NCBI GenBank assembly: GCA_963727455.1
Contig: CAVSGG010000008.1
Span: forward strand, 224,001-288,000
Source of the DNA: Candidatus Krumholzibacteriota bacterium
Lineage (GTDB): Bacteria > Krumholzibacteriota > Krumholzibacteriia > JAJRXK01
Direction: 5' to 3'
DNA length: 64,000 bases
Of the stretch, positions 40,100 to 52,666 are shown piece after piece. Position 1 is the first letter of the stretch, and each line of letters opens with the position of its first letter. The notes beneath the pieces are model-generated. The model worked only from the letters and a program-made list of their open reading frames with translations. It was not told where the DNA came from and did not search any database. A program made the translations under genes and the position numbers.

Positions 40100-40891
40100 C
40101 TACTTTCCGCTGAAGTGGGCCACCCGTTTCTGAACGTAGGCCTCGATTCCCTCCTTGGCGTCGGAACTCTGGAAGAGCTGTTGCTGCAGCTCGCGTTCAA
40201 TCGCCAGGGCCTCACTGAATGGCACCTCCGGACCGCTCTGGCAGCAGCGTTTGATCCTCCCCACCGCCTTGCTCGCCTTGTTCGGCGGACAGAACTGCTT
40301 CGCGTAGGCCATGAGGTCGTCCCAGAAAGTGTCCTTGTCGAAGATGTCGGTGATGATTCCGAGTTCCTTCGCTTCGTCAAACTCCATGGTCCTACCGGTC
40401 ACCATCAGCTCCAGCGCCCTGTGCTTTCCGATGAGGCGCGTCAGGCGCTGAGTTCCCCCCGTCCCGGGAAGGACACCCAGTCCCACTTCGGGAAGTCCGA
40501 TCTTCCCGCCGTTCTTCTTTGCAATCCGCATGTCACAGGCCATGGCGATCTCGAGTCCGCCACCAACGGTGTGCCCATTCAGCGCGGCGATGACCAGCTT
40601 GGGAGTGTGCTCCAAGCGGTTCAGCATCTCGTTCGCGTGCAGGCAGAAGTAATATTTGAAGGTGGGATCCACCTGATTGAGCATGTTGATGTCGGCACCG
40701 GCGGAGAAGAACTTCTCGCCGTCTCCGCGGATCACGATGACGTGAATGTCGTTGTCCATCCGAGCATCAAGAATACAGTCGTCGAACTGACGGTTCATCT
40801 CGTAGGTATAGGTGTTGGCGGGCGGATCAGACAAAGCGATGACAGCGACGCCGCCGTCCTTCTCGTACTTGACCAGAGTTCGGTCGCTCAT
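40100..40891 (-). CDS. Enoyl-CoA hydratase/isomerase family protein
   Basis: FFSAGADI, GGGLEIAMACD, LPEVGLGVLPGTGGTQRL; both catalytic Glu present. Confidence 0.9.
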   Translation of the reverse strand: MSDRTLVKYEKDGGVAVIALSDPPANTYTYEMNRQFDDCILDARMDNDIHVIVIRGDGEKFFSAGADINMLNQVDPTFKYYFCLHANEMLNRLEHTPKLVIAALNGHTVGGGLEIAMACDMRIAKKNGGKIGLPEVGLGVLPGTGGTQRLTRLIGKHRALELMVTGRTMEFDEAKELGIITDIFDKDTFWDDLMAYAKQFCPPNKASKAVGRIKRCCQSGPEVPFSEALAIERELQQQLFQSSDAKEGIEAYVQKRVAHFSGK

Positions 40892-41090
40892 TCAGCTCAC
40901 CTCGGAAACGATGGAAAGGGCCGCGTTTGCGTCCGGCAGGTGCCGAAAAACGCCGCGAAAGGTAGCAGGCAGTGTAATCACAGCTTCGAAGGACAACAAG
41001 AGGGCGTCCCGCCCCGCTTGAGGAATAGCCACGAGTAGGCTACCCTACTTTTTCTCCCCAAGCCTTATTCTCACAGGAGGTTGCCGCCCC

Positions 41091-41957
41091 ATGGCAAACG
41101 AGACTCAGCACATGGTGGTCGCCGGGAGCGGCACCATGGGTTCGGGCATCGCCCAGGTGGCCGCGGCCGCTGGCTTTTCCGCGACCCTCTACGACATCGA
41201 CCAGGGGCAACTCGAGCGCGCGCTCACGAACATCGCCGACGGCCTCGAGCGGGCCGTCGCGCGCGGGAAAGTAGATGCCTCGGCAAGAGACGCCACGCTC
41301 GGGCGATTGATAACGACGACCGATCTCTCCTCTGCCTGCAAGGACGCAGAGGTGTTCGTAGAGGCCATCCCCGAACGCATCGAACTGAAGCTCGAGCTCT
41401 TCGGAAAGATCGAGGAGCACCTGCCCTCCCGCGCGCTCATTGCCACCAATACTTCGGCGCTCTCGGTGACCGAACTTGCCGGCGCATTGCGAAATCCGGA
41501 TCGTTGCATCGGACTCCACTTTTTCAATCCGGTGCATCGCATGAAATTGGTCGAAGTCGTGCGTGGCCTGCAGACAAGCGACGAGACCAATGCGCTCGCG
41601 CTGGAATTCTGTCGCGCCATCGACAAGGAAACCGTGGAAGTGAACGAGGCGCCCGGTTTTGTCACCACCCGCGTCAATGCTCTCATAGGAAACGAGGCCT
41701 TCCGTATGCTCCAGGAAGGCGTGGCCACCGCTCGCGACATCGACAAGGCCCTCAAGCTCGGACTCAACCACCCGATGGGGCCCTTCGAGTTGGTGGATCT
41801 CGTGGGCTTGGATACACGCCTGTCCATTCTGCGCTTTTTACACGAGGCGCTGGGGGAACGCTTCCGCCCCACCTATCTGCAGGAGCAATACGTCAAGTCG
41901 GGACGCCTGGGGAAAAAGACCGGCCGCGGGGTCTACGATTATAGTGGAGGAGATTGA
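41091..41957 (+). CDS. 3-hydroxyacyl-CoA dehydrogenase
   Basis: GSGTMGSGIAQ, EAIPE, TNTS, GLHFFNP, PMGPFELVDLVGLD, LGKKTGRGVY. Confidence 0.93.
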   Translation: MANETQHMVVAGSGTMGSGIAQVAAAAGFSATLYDIDQGQLERALTNIADGLERAVARGKVDASARDATLGRLITTTDLSSACKDAEVFVEAIPERIELKLELFGKIEEHLPSRALIATNTSALSVTELAGALRNPDRCIGLHFFNPVHRMKLVEVVRGLQTSDETNALALEFCRAIDKETVEVNEAPGFVTTRVNALIGNEAFRMLQEGVATARDIDKALKLGLNHPMGPFELVDLVGLDTRLSILRFLHEALGERFRPTYLQEQYVKSGRLGKKTGRGVYDYSGGD

Positions 41958-41961
41958 GCCC

Positions 41962-42834
41962 ATGTCGCAGACGGCTTGGCTCGTGGACGGCACTGCCTAC
42001 GTCTTCCGTTCATACTATTCGATGCGCCCCATCTCGGCTCCCGACGGCACACCGGTAAACGCGGTGTTCGGACTGGGCATGACCTTGCAACGCTTTCTGC
42101 ACGACGAGAGCCCGAGTCATCTCGCGGTGATCTTCGATGCGGGGCGCACGACCTTCCGCAATGAGATCTACCCCGAGTACAAAGCGAACCGCGGGGAACC
42201 GCCCGAGGAACTCGCGCTTCAGTTCGACCTGTGTCCCGCGCTCACCAAGGCCATGGGAATCGCCACCTTCCTAAAGAAGGGCTTCGAGGCGGATGACTTG
42301 CTCGCCAGCATGGCCGCTCGGCTCGTGAAGCGAGGGTTCGAAGTGAGAGTCGTCACCGGAGACAAGGACCTCTCGCAAATCCTCGGGCCCGGACTGAGGA
42401 TCTACGACCTGGCAAAGGGCAGGCACTTCGGTGCCGAGGAAGTCCCGAGCCTGCTGGGGGTTCGCTCCGACCAGGTAGTCGACCTTCTGGCACTGATGGG
42501 TGACAGCAGCGACAATATTCCCGGAGTCCCCGGCGTCGGTAAGAAGAGCGCCATCGCACTCCTCGCCGCCTTCGCGGATCTGGACGCGATCTACGAGAAC
42601 CTCGAGGCAATCGAGTCCCTCCAACTCCGCGGGGCCAAAAGCCTGCGCAAGAAGCTGGAGGCCGGCCGCGAAAGCGCCTACCTCAGCCGAAACCTGGTGA
42701 GGCTGCGCCAGGACATACCCTTGAACTTTGAACCTGCAAATCTGCGTTACGTCGGGGCGGAAAGAGAAGCGCTCGACGAGTTCGCCGAGCGCTGGGGCTT
42801 ACGCCGCGTAGCGGCGCGTGTGCCACGCCGATGA
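41962..42834 (+). CDS. Stand-alone 5'-3' exonuclease / flap endonuclease (PolA N-terminal-like)
   Basis: LVDG...FRSYY, FRNEIYPEYKANR, EADD, GDKDL, LMGDSSDNIPGVPGVGKKSA (H3TH). No polymerase domain follows. Confidence 0.9.
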   Translation: MSQTAWLVDGTAYVFRSYYSMRPISAPDGTPVNAVFGLGMTLQRFLHDESPSHLAVIFDAGRTTFRNEIYPEYKANRGEPPEELALQFDLCPALTKAMGIATFLKKGFEADDLLASMAARLVKRGFEVRVVTGDKDLSQILGPGLRIYDLAKGRHFGAEEVPSLLGVRSDQVVDLLALMGDSSDNIPGVPGVGKKSAIALLAAFADLDAIYENLEAIESLQLRGAKSLRKKLEAGRESAYLSRNLVRLRQDIPLNFEPANLRYVGAEREALDEFAERWGLRRVAARVPRR

Positions 42835-42846
42835 GTTAGGAGCGAT

Positions 42847-43113
42847 CTAGAACACCTCGTCGTCGATCGCAGCCAGAAGTCGCTTTGCCTCTTCGAGCTG
42901 CTCCGATGGGACCCGGACCCGTAGTTCACCGGAACCGAGCGCTGCGGCATCGCGAACTGCGCGTTCGAGGACTTCCGTGGTGTATCGGATACCCGCCCAC
43001 TGCAACTTCGACTCGCAGAGCATCACCAAATCCGAGCGGCGCGTCTCCAGCAAGGGAACTGTGGGGCTTTGTCCCGCGTGCCGAGTCACCGGTGGCGTCA
43101 CGAAATCAACCAT
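42847..43113 (-). CDS. Small DUF2007-like protein
   Basis: GAGGAGG RBS; ESKLQWAGI...RVRVPSEQLEEAKRLL pattern. Confidence 0.55.
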   Translation of the reverse strand: MVDFVTPPVTRHAGQSPTVPLLETRRSDLVMLCESKLQWAGIRYTTEVLERAVRDAAALGSGELRVRVPSEQLEEAKRLLAAIDDEVF

Positions 43114-43394
43114 GCCGGCCTCCTCGTTTCTGCTTCGCGGCGGGAAAAGTACCGGCACGGGGTGTCGATCTGAGGTGCGAGGCAGAGCGGGCTTCCCGCC
43201 AATCGCGAGCGCAAAGAAAGTGGAACTCTCTTCCGCCAGCGATCATTTACAGGCTACTATAGGATTCGACTTTTCACCACGAGGGATCGCTGAAAAATCT
43301 GGGGACAAAATCAGTCTGTGAGTGAACGAGCTGACGGGCAATCCCGCAGAGAGGAGCCCTGTCGGCTGAGCCGGAGCAACGGGGGCCGGCAAGC

Positions 43395-43739
43395 TCACCG
43401 GGTCTCTACCTCGAGCGAATCCGTCGAGACGATCGTGAGCACTTTGACATCCGCCATGGCGGGGGTGAAGTAGCCGGCTTCAGCCCGACTGAGGCGGCCA
43501 TTGCCGAAGTTTACGGCGAGCTTGAGTTGCCCGTCCTGCTTGAGCTTGAGGGGTACGCGCAGGTCCTCCCCGGCCCGCAGTCCGGGGAAATCCTGATACG
43601 AGCCCATCACCTCCGCCTGCAGTCCTTTCACCGCGACCCCTGAGCGATTGTGAATCTCGAGCGAGGGCGGCGGGCTCGTCACCGCCACCATGAGCAAGGC
43701 CACGAAAGAAAGCAACAGGATGCCGATGATGATGCGCAT
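43395..43739 (-). CDS. Hypothetical exported/membrane-anchored protein
   Basis: N-terminal hydrophobic helix then a beta-rich domain (LEIHNRSG...). Confidence 0.6.
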   Translation of the reverse strand: MRIIIGILLLSFVALLMVAVTSPPPSLEIHNRSGVAVKGLQAEVMGSYQDFPGLRAGEDLRVPLKLKQDGQLKLAVNFGNGRLSRAEAGYFTPAMADVKVLTIVSTDSLEVETR

Positions 43740-43907
43740 GTTTCGCCACTGAGGGTGAGGATACGAAAGGCTCCCCCGCATGGTTGCCACTGGAGGGAGC
43801 GGTCGTCACCTGAACGAAACCAGGGGTTTGCAGGAATCGGACCGCTTATTCCCCCCGCTCTAGGTGGAGTCCGAGAATGTCTGCGAATTCCCCTGAGGGC
43901 TTTGCTC

Positions 43908-43936
43908 TTGCCAGCTCGCGGCCTCTGACCTACCCT
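43908..43936 (+). promoter_or_regulatory. Putative sigma70 promoter
   Basis: TTGCCA-N17-TACCCT upstream of 44022. Confidence 0.35.
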
Positions 43937-44021
43937 AGCAAACCGTATATTTTGCAATCCCATTGGCTCGCGGGGGATTCAAGTCCTTCCCTGGGCTCTT
44001 CGACCAAGGACCTGTCAAAGC

Positions 44022-45173
44022 ATGAGATACGTCCTCTTCGGCGCCGGGCAGCAAGGCCGCGCCATTGCCTTCGACCTACTCCGCGATCCCGAATCGGAAA
44101 TCGTGATCGTCGACAGCAACCCCGAGCAGCTCGACGAAGTCTGCTCGTGGCTGGACGACCCCCGGGTCGAGCCGGAGCCCATCGACGCCGAGAATCGGGA
44201 AGAATGCCGCGTCGTCATGGAAGACATGGACGTGGCGATCAACGCCCTGCCCTATCGCTTCAATTTGCTGCTCACCGAAGACGCCATCGAGATGAAAAAG
44301 CACCTGGTCGATCTGGGCGGAAACAACTCCGTGGTCGAACAGCAGCTGGAGCTGGACTCCGCGGCCAAGGAGGCGGGAATCGTGGTGATTCCCGATTGCG
44401 GGCTCGCACCGGGTTTGGCGGTGCTTCTGGCGGCCGACGCTTGCGCGCGTCTCACGCGGGTCGACAGTCTCAACATCAGAGTGGGCGGGCTTCCGCAGAA
44501 AGCGCAGGGCGATTTCGGGTACATGCTCACCTTCAACGTGGAGGGTCTGCTCAACGAATACAGCGAGCCTTGCTTGGTGATGCGCGGGGGCGAGTTGCTC
44601 AGTGTCGAGCCCCTCACGGAGATCGAACCCATCCGCTTCGGTGAGCCCTTCTCCGAGCTGGAGTGTTTCAATACCTCGGGTGGACTCTCCACTCTCCCCC
44701 GTACCTTGGGCCACAAGGTCAACAACATGGATTACAAGACCATCCGTTACCCCGGCCACGGGGAGCAGATGAGAAGGTTCTACGAGGAAGGCATGTTTTC
44801 GCGGGAGCCCAAGGAGTCCGAGGACGGTAGCACCTTCATTCCCCGCGAGCAGCTGGCGGAACTCATCCGCGAGCAGTGCAGCTATCAGGAAGCCGACGTC
44901 GTCCTGCTCCGCGTGAGTGCCGAGGGAATGAAGAACAACATCCCTCTGGTCGTGAAGACGCAGATCGTGGATCGCTTCGACCGCGAGAACGGAATCACCG
45001 CGATGATGCGGATGACCGCCTACCCGACCGCGATCATAGCCTCGATGATCGCCAAGGGGCAGGTCGAGGCACGAGGTGTGGTCCCTCTGGAACGCAGCGT
45101 TCCCGCGGAGATCTTTCGCGCCGAATTGGCCCACCGTGACATTCAATTGGAGGAGATGGTCAAGGCCCTCTAG
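44022..45173 (+). CDS. Saccharopine dehydrogenase / lysine 6-dehydrogenase family
   Basis: FGAGQQG, DLGGN, DCGLAPG, VGGLPQ, FNTSGG, YKTIRYPGH. Confidence 0.88.
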   Translation: MRYVLFGAGQQGRAIAFDLLRDPESEIVIVDSNPEQLDEVCSWLDDPRVEPEPIDAENREECRVVMEDMDVAINALPYRFNLLLTEDAIEMKKHLVDLGGNNSVVEQQLELDSAAKEAGIVVIPDCGLAPGLAVLLAADACARLTRVDSLNIRVGGLPQKAQGDFGYMLTFNVEGLLNEYSEPCLVMRGGELLSVEPLTEIEPIRFGEPFSELECFNTSGGLSTLPRTLGHKVNNMDYKTIRYPGHGEQMRRFYEEGMFSREPKESEDGSTFIPREQLAELIREQCSYQEADVVLLRVSAEGMKNNIPLVVKTQIVDRFDRENGITAMMRMTAYPTAIIASMIAKGQVEARGVVPLERSVPAEIFRAELAHRDIQLEEMVKAL

Positions 45174-45184
45174 AAAGGAAGCCC

Positions 45185-46939
45185 ATGGAAGGGCAGCACA
45201 CCCCGCTCTACAAGCTCTCGATCGTCGACATTGCCGCCCGCCATCTCGAGGTACAGATCAGCCTGGATGGACCTTTCGACCGGCGCTTGAGGCTGTGGAT
45301 GCCAGCCTGGGTGCCCGGCTCCTACCTCCTCCGCGAGTACGCCGGTCACGTCATTCGTCTCGATGCCTTCAACGGCGAGTCGCCGCTCGCCTGCCAAAAA
45401 ACGGACAAATCGAGTTGGGAGGTAGACACCAAGGGAGCGAGTTCCCTACGTGTGGTCTACCGCGTTTTCGCGCCGGAGCTTACGGTGCGCACCAATGACA
45501 TCACCGACCAACATGCGTTCGTCAATCCCGCCGGCACCTTCTTGGCGATCGAGGGTTTGGAAGAACGGCCGGCTCGGCTCGAGGTGATATGTCCCAAGGG
45601 TTGGTCGGTCCATACCGCGCTTCCCGGCGACGGAAAGAACGTCTTCGAGGTGGCCGACTTCGACACTCTAGTGGACAGCCCTCTGGAGATGGGAACGATG
45701 CCGGTGCAGGAATTCACCGTGGCTGGGGTGAAGCACCAGTTGGTGATCGAGGGAGAGGGTAACTACGATCTGGGTGCGATGCTGAAGGACATGGCGGCGA
45801 TCGTGGCGGAGGAGTCAAAGATCTTCGGCGGACTCCCTCCCGACCTGAAACGCTATCTCTTCATCCTTCTTCTCACCGAGAACGGGATGGGCGGGCTCGA
45901 GCATTGCATGAGCACCGCCCTTGCCTGGCCCAGGCTGGGATTTCGGCCCGAAATCGAATATCACCGCTTTCTCACGCTCATCGCGCACGAGTATTTCCAC
46001 ATCTGGAACGTCAAACGAATCCGGCCCGAGCTCTTCTTGAATTACGACTACCGTCGGGAGACCCACACGCGTCTCCTGTGGGCTTTCGAAGGTGTCACCA
46101 ATTACTACGACGAACTCGTTCCCATGCGGGCAGGTGTATACGGCGTGAAACGCTACCTGGAGTTCACGGCGGAGAACATTCGCGCGGAATGGGCGCGTCC
46201 CGGCAATCAGGTGCAGTCCGTATCCGACTCCTCCTTCGACACCTGGATCAAACTCTACCGGCCCAGCATCGATGGACAGAACTCTCAGGTGAGCTACTAC
46301 CAGCGAGGCATGTTGGTGGCCTTGCTCCTCGATCTGGAACTGCGGCGACGGAGCGGAGACGAAAAGAGCTTGGATCACGTCATGCGCTATCTCTGGTCCA
46401 AGGTCTACGCGGCCGGAGAAGGTGTGGCCGAAGGGAGCTATCACGAAATCGTCAAGGCGGCCACGGGAATCGACGTAAAGGAACTCCTCGACGAGTACAT
46501 CGAGGGTACAAAGAAGCTGGATTACGAGGAAGCCCTGGCGCACGTCGGCCTGAAGATCGAGAAGAAGCCACTGGAAGGCGAGGAAGTCGAGTCGGCCTGG
46601 CTCGGAGCCAGCGTACAAGTCAAGGAGGGGCGAAGCGTGCTCTCGAGCGTGCTCCGCGGAGGCTCCGCACATGCCGCTGGACTCATGGCGGAAGACGTGA
46701 TCGTCGCCTTGAACGATCTGGAAGTCACGAGCGATCTGGAGAAGCGTCTGAAGCTGTACCGTCCTCAGGAGACGGTTCGGTGGCACGCCTTCCGGCACGG
46801 ACGTCTCGTTCATGGTACGATGAAATTTCTCGAAAACCCCTATCCCCCGATGCGTCTGGTGGCGGTCGAGAACCGTACCGAGGCCCAGAGGAAGAGCTTC
46901 CTCGCCTGGGCAGGTAGAGAGTACGAGCCGAAGAGCTGA
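45185..46939 (+). CDS. M61 family (glycyl) aminopeptidase with PDZ domain
   Basis: MPAWVPGSY, GGLEH, AHEYFHIWNVKRIRP, LWAFEGVTNYY, SYYQRG, C-terminal PDZ. Confidence 0.92.
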   Translation: MEGQHTPLYKLSIVDIAARHLEVQISLDGPFDRRLRLWMPAWVPGSYLLREYAGHVIRLDAFNGESPLACQKTDKSSWEVDTKGASSLRVVYRVFAPELTVRTNDITDQHAFVNPAGTFLAIEGLEERPARLEVICPKGWSVHTALPGDGKNVFEVADFDTLVDSPLEMGTMPVQEFTVAGVKHQLVIEGEGNYDLGAMLKDMAAIVAEESKIFGGLPPDLKRYLFILLLTENGMGGLEHCMSTALAWPRLGFRPEIEYHRFLTLIAHEYFHIWNVKRIRPELFLNYDYRRETHTRLLWAFEGVTNYYDELVPMRAGVYGVKRYLEFTAENIRAEWARPGNQVQSVSDSSFDTWIKLYRPSIDGQNSQVSYYQRGMLVALLLDLELRRRSGDEKSLDHVMRYLWSKVYAAGEGVAEGSYHEIVKAATGIDVKELLDEYIEGTKKLDYEEALAHVGLKIEKKPLEGEEVESAWLGASVQVKEGRSVLSSVLRGGSAHAAGLMAEDVIVALNDLEVTSDLEKRLKLYRPQETVRWHAFRHGRLVHGTMKFLENPYPPMRLVAVENRTEAQRKSFLAWAGREYEPKS

Positions 46940-46983
46940 AAGCTAGGCGTTTCCCCTCGATCGAAGCCCAAGAGGCGGAGTCG

Positions 46984-49088
46984 ATGGCCTCTGTAAACCC
47001 CCGAGATAGAATCCTACAGGAATTTCCTCCCGAGGAGACCGGGGTCTGGCGAGAGTCTGCCGTCGCGCTCTTGGGCGAGAAGGCCTTCGAGGAGTTGCTG
47101 CGGAGAACGACTGTCGAAGGTATCCCGCTTCTACCCATCTATCGCAGCGAAGATCTCAGGGACATTCCCTACCGAAATTCCCCGCCGGGTTTTGCTCCCT
47201 TCGTCCGAGGCAACCAGTCGTACCGGGAGCAGGGCTGGTGGATTGCCCAGGAATTCGGCGAACACGACCCTCTCAGCACTCGTGACGCCGCAACCCTTCA
47301 GGCCCTGCGAGAAAGGGAGATCCTCAACCTATCTCTCAGTCTCGCCTCGCGCCGCGGTAACTCCTCCCTTTCGGTGGACGAGCTGGATACCATCCTGGAA
47401 GGGGCTGAAATCGTCTCGACCCCGGTCTTCCTCGATGCCGGAGCGTTGAGCCTTCAGCCCCTGGCTGTGCTTGGTGCCTACTGGGAACGCTACGGGCTGA
47501 AGCCGGACCAATGGCAAGGCGCCATCGCGTCCGATCCCCTCGGTGCAGCTGCCCGCGACGGAGAGCTTCCGCATTCCCTCTCGCGAAGTTTCGATGAACT
47601 GGCGGCGACCACTCTCTGGTGCGCAAAACACGCTCCCCAGCTGGGAACACTCTGGTGCCACGGAGAGGTCTGGCACGATGGAGGTGCGGACGCTGCCCAG
47701 GAACTCGGTTATTGCATGGCGACGGTGGTCGCGAGTCTGCGAGAGCTGGAGGCTCGCGGAGTAGAAGTCTCCACTGCGGCTGCTCATCTTCGTCTGAGTC
47801 TCGCGCTTGGGCCCAACTTCTTCAGCGAGATCGCGAAGCTGCGCGCGTCCCGGCTGCTGCTCTTCCGAGTGCTACAGAGCTGTGGAGTCACCCCAGAGAA
47901 CTGTCACGCGCCCCTGCACGCGAGGAGTTCGCGACGCTCCATGACGCGCGATGAGGCCCATCTGAACCTCTTGCGAACGACCACCGAGGCGTTCAGCGCT
48001 GCCGTTGGCGGCGCAGACAGCATTCATGTCGATGCGTTCGACGCGAGTCTCATGCGAGAGTCACAGCTCTCGCGCCGTCTCGCTCGGAACCTGCAGTACA
48101 TCCTCCAGGACGAAGCCCTCATTGGCGCGGTGATGGATCCCGGCGGTGGATCCTACTACCTCGAGCGAATGACGACCGAACTTGCATGCAGGTCCTGGGA
48201 GTTTCTTCAGGCGATTGAGGCCCAAGGAGGAATGGAGTGCGCCCTCAGACAGGGGACGGTGCAGGAGACGATCGCCGCCACCGCGAAGGAGAACGCAAGA
48301 CGGGCGGATTTGGGCCGGCTCGTGCGGATTGGAATCAACAAGTACCCCGCCGAGAGTTCCGCACCCGGGCTGGCCGCCTCCGCGGAGCAAGGCTCTGAAC
48401 GCAAGCTCCGGGGAGCGGACGCGGTCACCCAGCGGGATCCTCAGCGGATTCGTGCGGCTGAAACGGCTCTGGCGAAAGCGGCCCTGACCGACGGCTCTTT
48501 CTTGAAAGCGGCCGATGCGGAGAAACTCGCCGCAGCCGCGCTGGCAGCCGCGGCGGCACGTTTGAATTTCAGCGAGCTTTCGATCGTTCTCAGCCGCAGC
48601 GAAAGGGCCGACAATTTCTCAGTCGAGTCGATTCCGCTGCGACGCGAAGCTGCTCCCTTCGAGGAATTCCGGGAGAGAGTCGAGAGAGCGCGCGCTGGCG
48701 GCGTGGCGTTGCGGGTCTTTCCGGTGGACTTGGGACCGGCCGCGACGCGCCCCCCCCGATTGAAGTTTGCCAGCTCATTCTTCCGGGTGGGAGGTTTCGA
48801 GTTGATCTCCACCTCGGCCGACGCGGAGGACACCGAGCAACTGCGAGCCGCGGAGAAACGCGGCGGGGGGATCCTACTTATCCTGGGCCTTGACGAGACG
48901 AACTTGAAGAGCGCAGAGAACTTGGCTAGAAAGTGGAAAACGCGCGCCGAAAACCTCGTGGTGGTAGAGCTCGCGAACCCACGACTCAAAGAGCATCTCG
49001 CCGGAGCAGATGTCGACTTGTTCCTCGATCGCGAGAGCCCAATTCTGGCATCGCTCGAACCCCTCGCGGCTCGACTGGGGGTCAGCGC

Positions 49089-49092
<4 letters not shown>
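46984..49092 (+). CDS. mutA: Methylmalonyl-CoA mutase small (non-catalytic) subunit
   Basis: [44 protein letters not shown]; no DxHxxG cobalamin motif; overlaps the large subunit start. Confidence 0.85.
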
Positions 49093-51247
<2,155 letters not shown>

Positions 51248-51251
<4 letters not shown>

Positions 51252-52258
51252 GCTCGCCGCGCGAGATTCTCGCCGCCCAGGACTACGTCGAGGGTGTGCT
51301 TTCCGGAGATCGCAGCCTTCTGGGCCGCGCAATCACCCTCATCGAGTCCAACGCTGAGCAGCATCAGGAACGCGCGCAGGAGGTGCTGGCGGCGCTTCTG
51401 CCGGCGGCGGGAAAGTCCGTCCGAATGGGCATCAGCGGTCTACCGGGCTCCGGCAAGAGCACGCTCGTGGAAACTCTGGGCCACAAGCTCACGAGCGAAG
51501 GCCATCGGCTGGCGGTCCTGGCGGTCGATCCCTCCAGCAGCCTTAGCAAGGGCAGCATCTTGGGTGACAAGACCCGGATGGAGAATCTGGCCAGAGACCC
51601 GAGTGCGTTCATCCGGCCCAGCCCCAGTGGCGGTACGCTCGGGGGAGTTGCGCGCAAGACACGGGAAACCATGGTTCTCTTCGAAGCAGCGGGCTACGAC
51701 GTTTTGATCGTGGAAACGGTGGGGGTGGGACAGAGCGAGATCAGTGTGCGTGGGATGGTAGATTTCTTCCTGCTCGTTCTCATCGCGGGCGCGGGAGATG
51801 AGCTGCAGGGAATCAAACGCGGCATCATTGAAATCGCCGACGGAATTCTCATCAACAAGGCGGATGGTGAAAACCGCGAAGCCGCAGAAGAAGCTCGCGC
51901 GAGTTACGAGCGGGCACTCCAGTTCCTGTCTCCCGCCACCGCGGGGTGGACGACTCCGGTAAGAAGTTGTTCAGCGCTCCATGGAGAGGGAATCGTGGAA
52001 ACCTGGCAGATGGTCGAAGAATTCACGGCGCGGGCTCGACAGAACGGCGTATTCGACCAGAGGCGCAAACGGCAATCCCTCGATTGGTTGCACAAGATGG
52101 TCGAGGAGCGTCTGCATAACGCCTTCTACCACGACGAGGCAGTTCGAAGTATGCTCGATGAGGTCGAGCAGGAGGTCCTGGGTGATCGCATGCCGGTGAC
52201 GCAGGCTGCCTGGAAACTACTCGAAGCCTGGGACATGAACTCCAAGGAGCCCGGCTGA
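51248..52258 (+). CDS. meaB: Methylmalonyl-CoA mutase-associated GTPase
   Basis: [15 protein letters not shown]...[23 protein letters not shown]. Confidence 0.95.
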
Positions 52259-52318
52259 GGCACTTCAGAACTTGGGAGGCGGCGAGGTGCCGTCCCCGTT
52301 CGAAACGAAGCGAGAACC

Positions 52319-52666
52319 ATGTTGGCAATCCAAATTCTGATTCTCCTGTTCTGTCTCTTCGCGCTCATCACCATCTGGCGACGACAGAGCCAGGGCAAGA
52401 TGGCTCGCCTGCCAGCCGCACTCTGGAGCGTCTTTTGGATCGCGGTGGGAATCGTGGTGCTCCGGCCGGAATTCACCACTCTGCTGGCGCATCTTCTAGG
52501 AGTCGGACGCGGCGTCGATCTCGTCACCTATCTGGCCCTGCTCGCGGTATTCTACCTGCTTTTGCGCCTATTCACCCGTCTGGAGGAACTGGAAAGGGAC
52601 ATCACGAAGCTGGTACGCGAGATCGCGCTCGAGCGGGCCCGGCTGAAGGATGAGTCAAAACCCTAA
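52319..52666 (+). CDS. DUF2304-like small membrane protein
   Basis: Three TM helices, LGVGRGVDLVTY, ITKLVREIAL coiled-coil tail. Confidence 0.75.
   Translation: MLAIQILILLFCLFALITIWRRQSQGKMARLPAALWSVFWIAVGIVVLRPEFTTLLAHLLGVGRGVDLVTYLALLAVFYLLLRLFTRLEELERDITKLVREIALERARLKDESKP

Noticed and set aside
43114-43394. Intergenic region with a GCTGACGGGC...GCCCTGTCGGC hairpin as a possible tRNA or ncRNA
   Set aside because: No cloverleaf or known consensus; one imperfect hairpin is unremarkable at this GC content.
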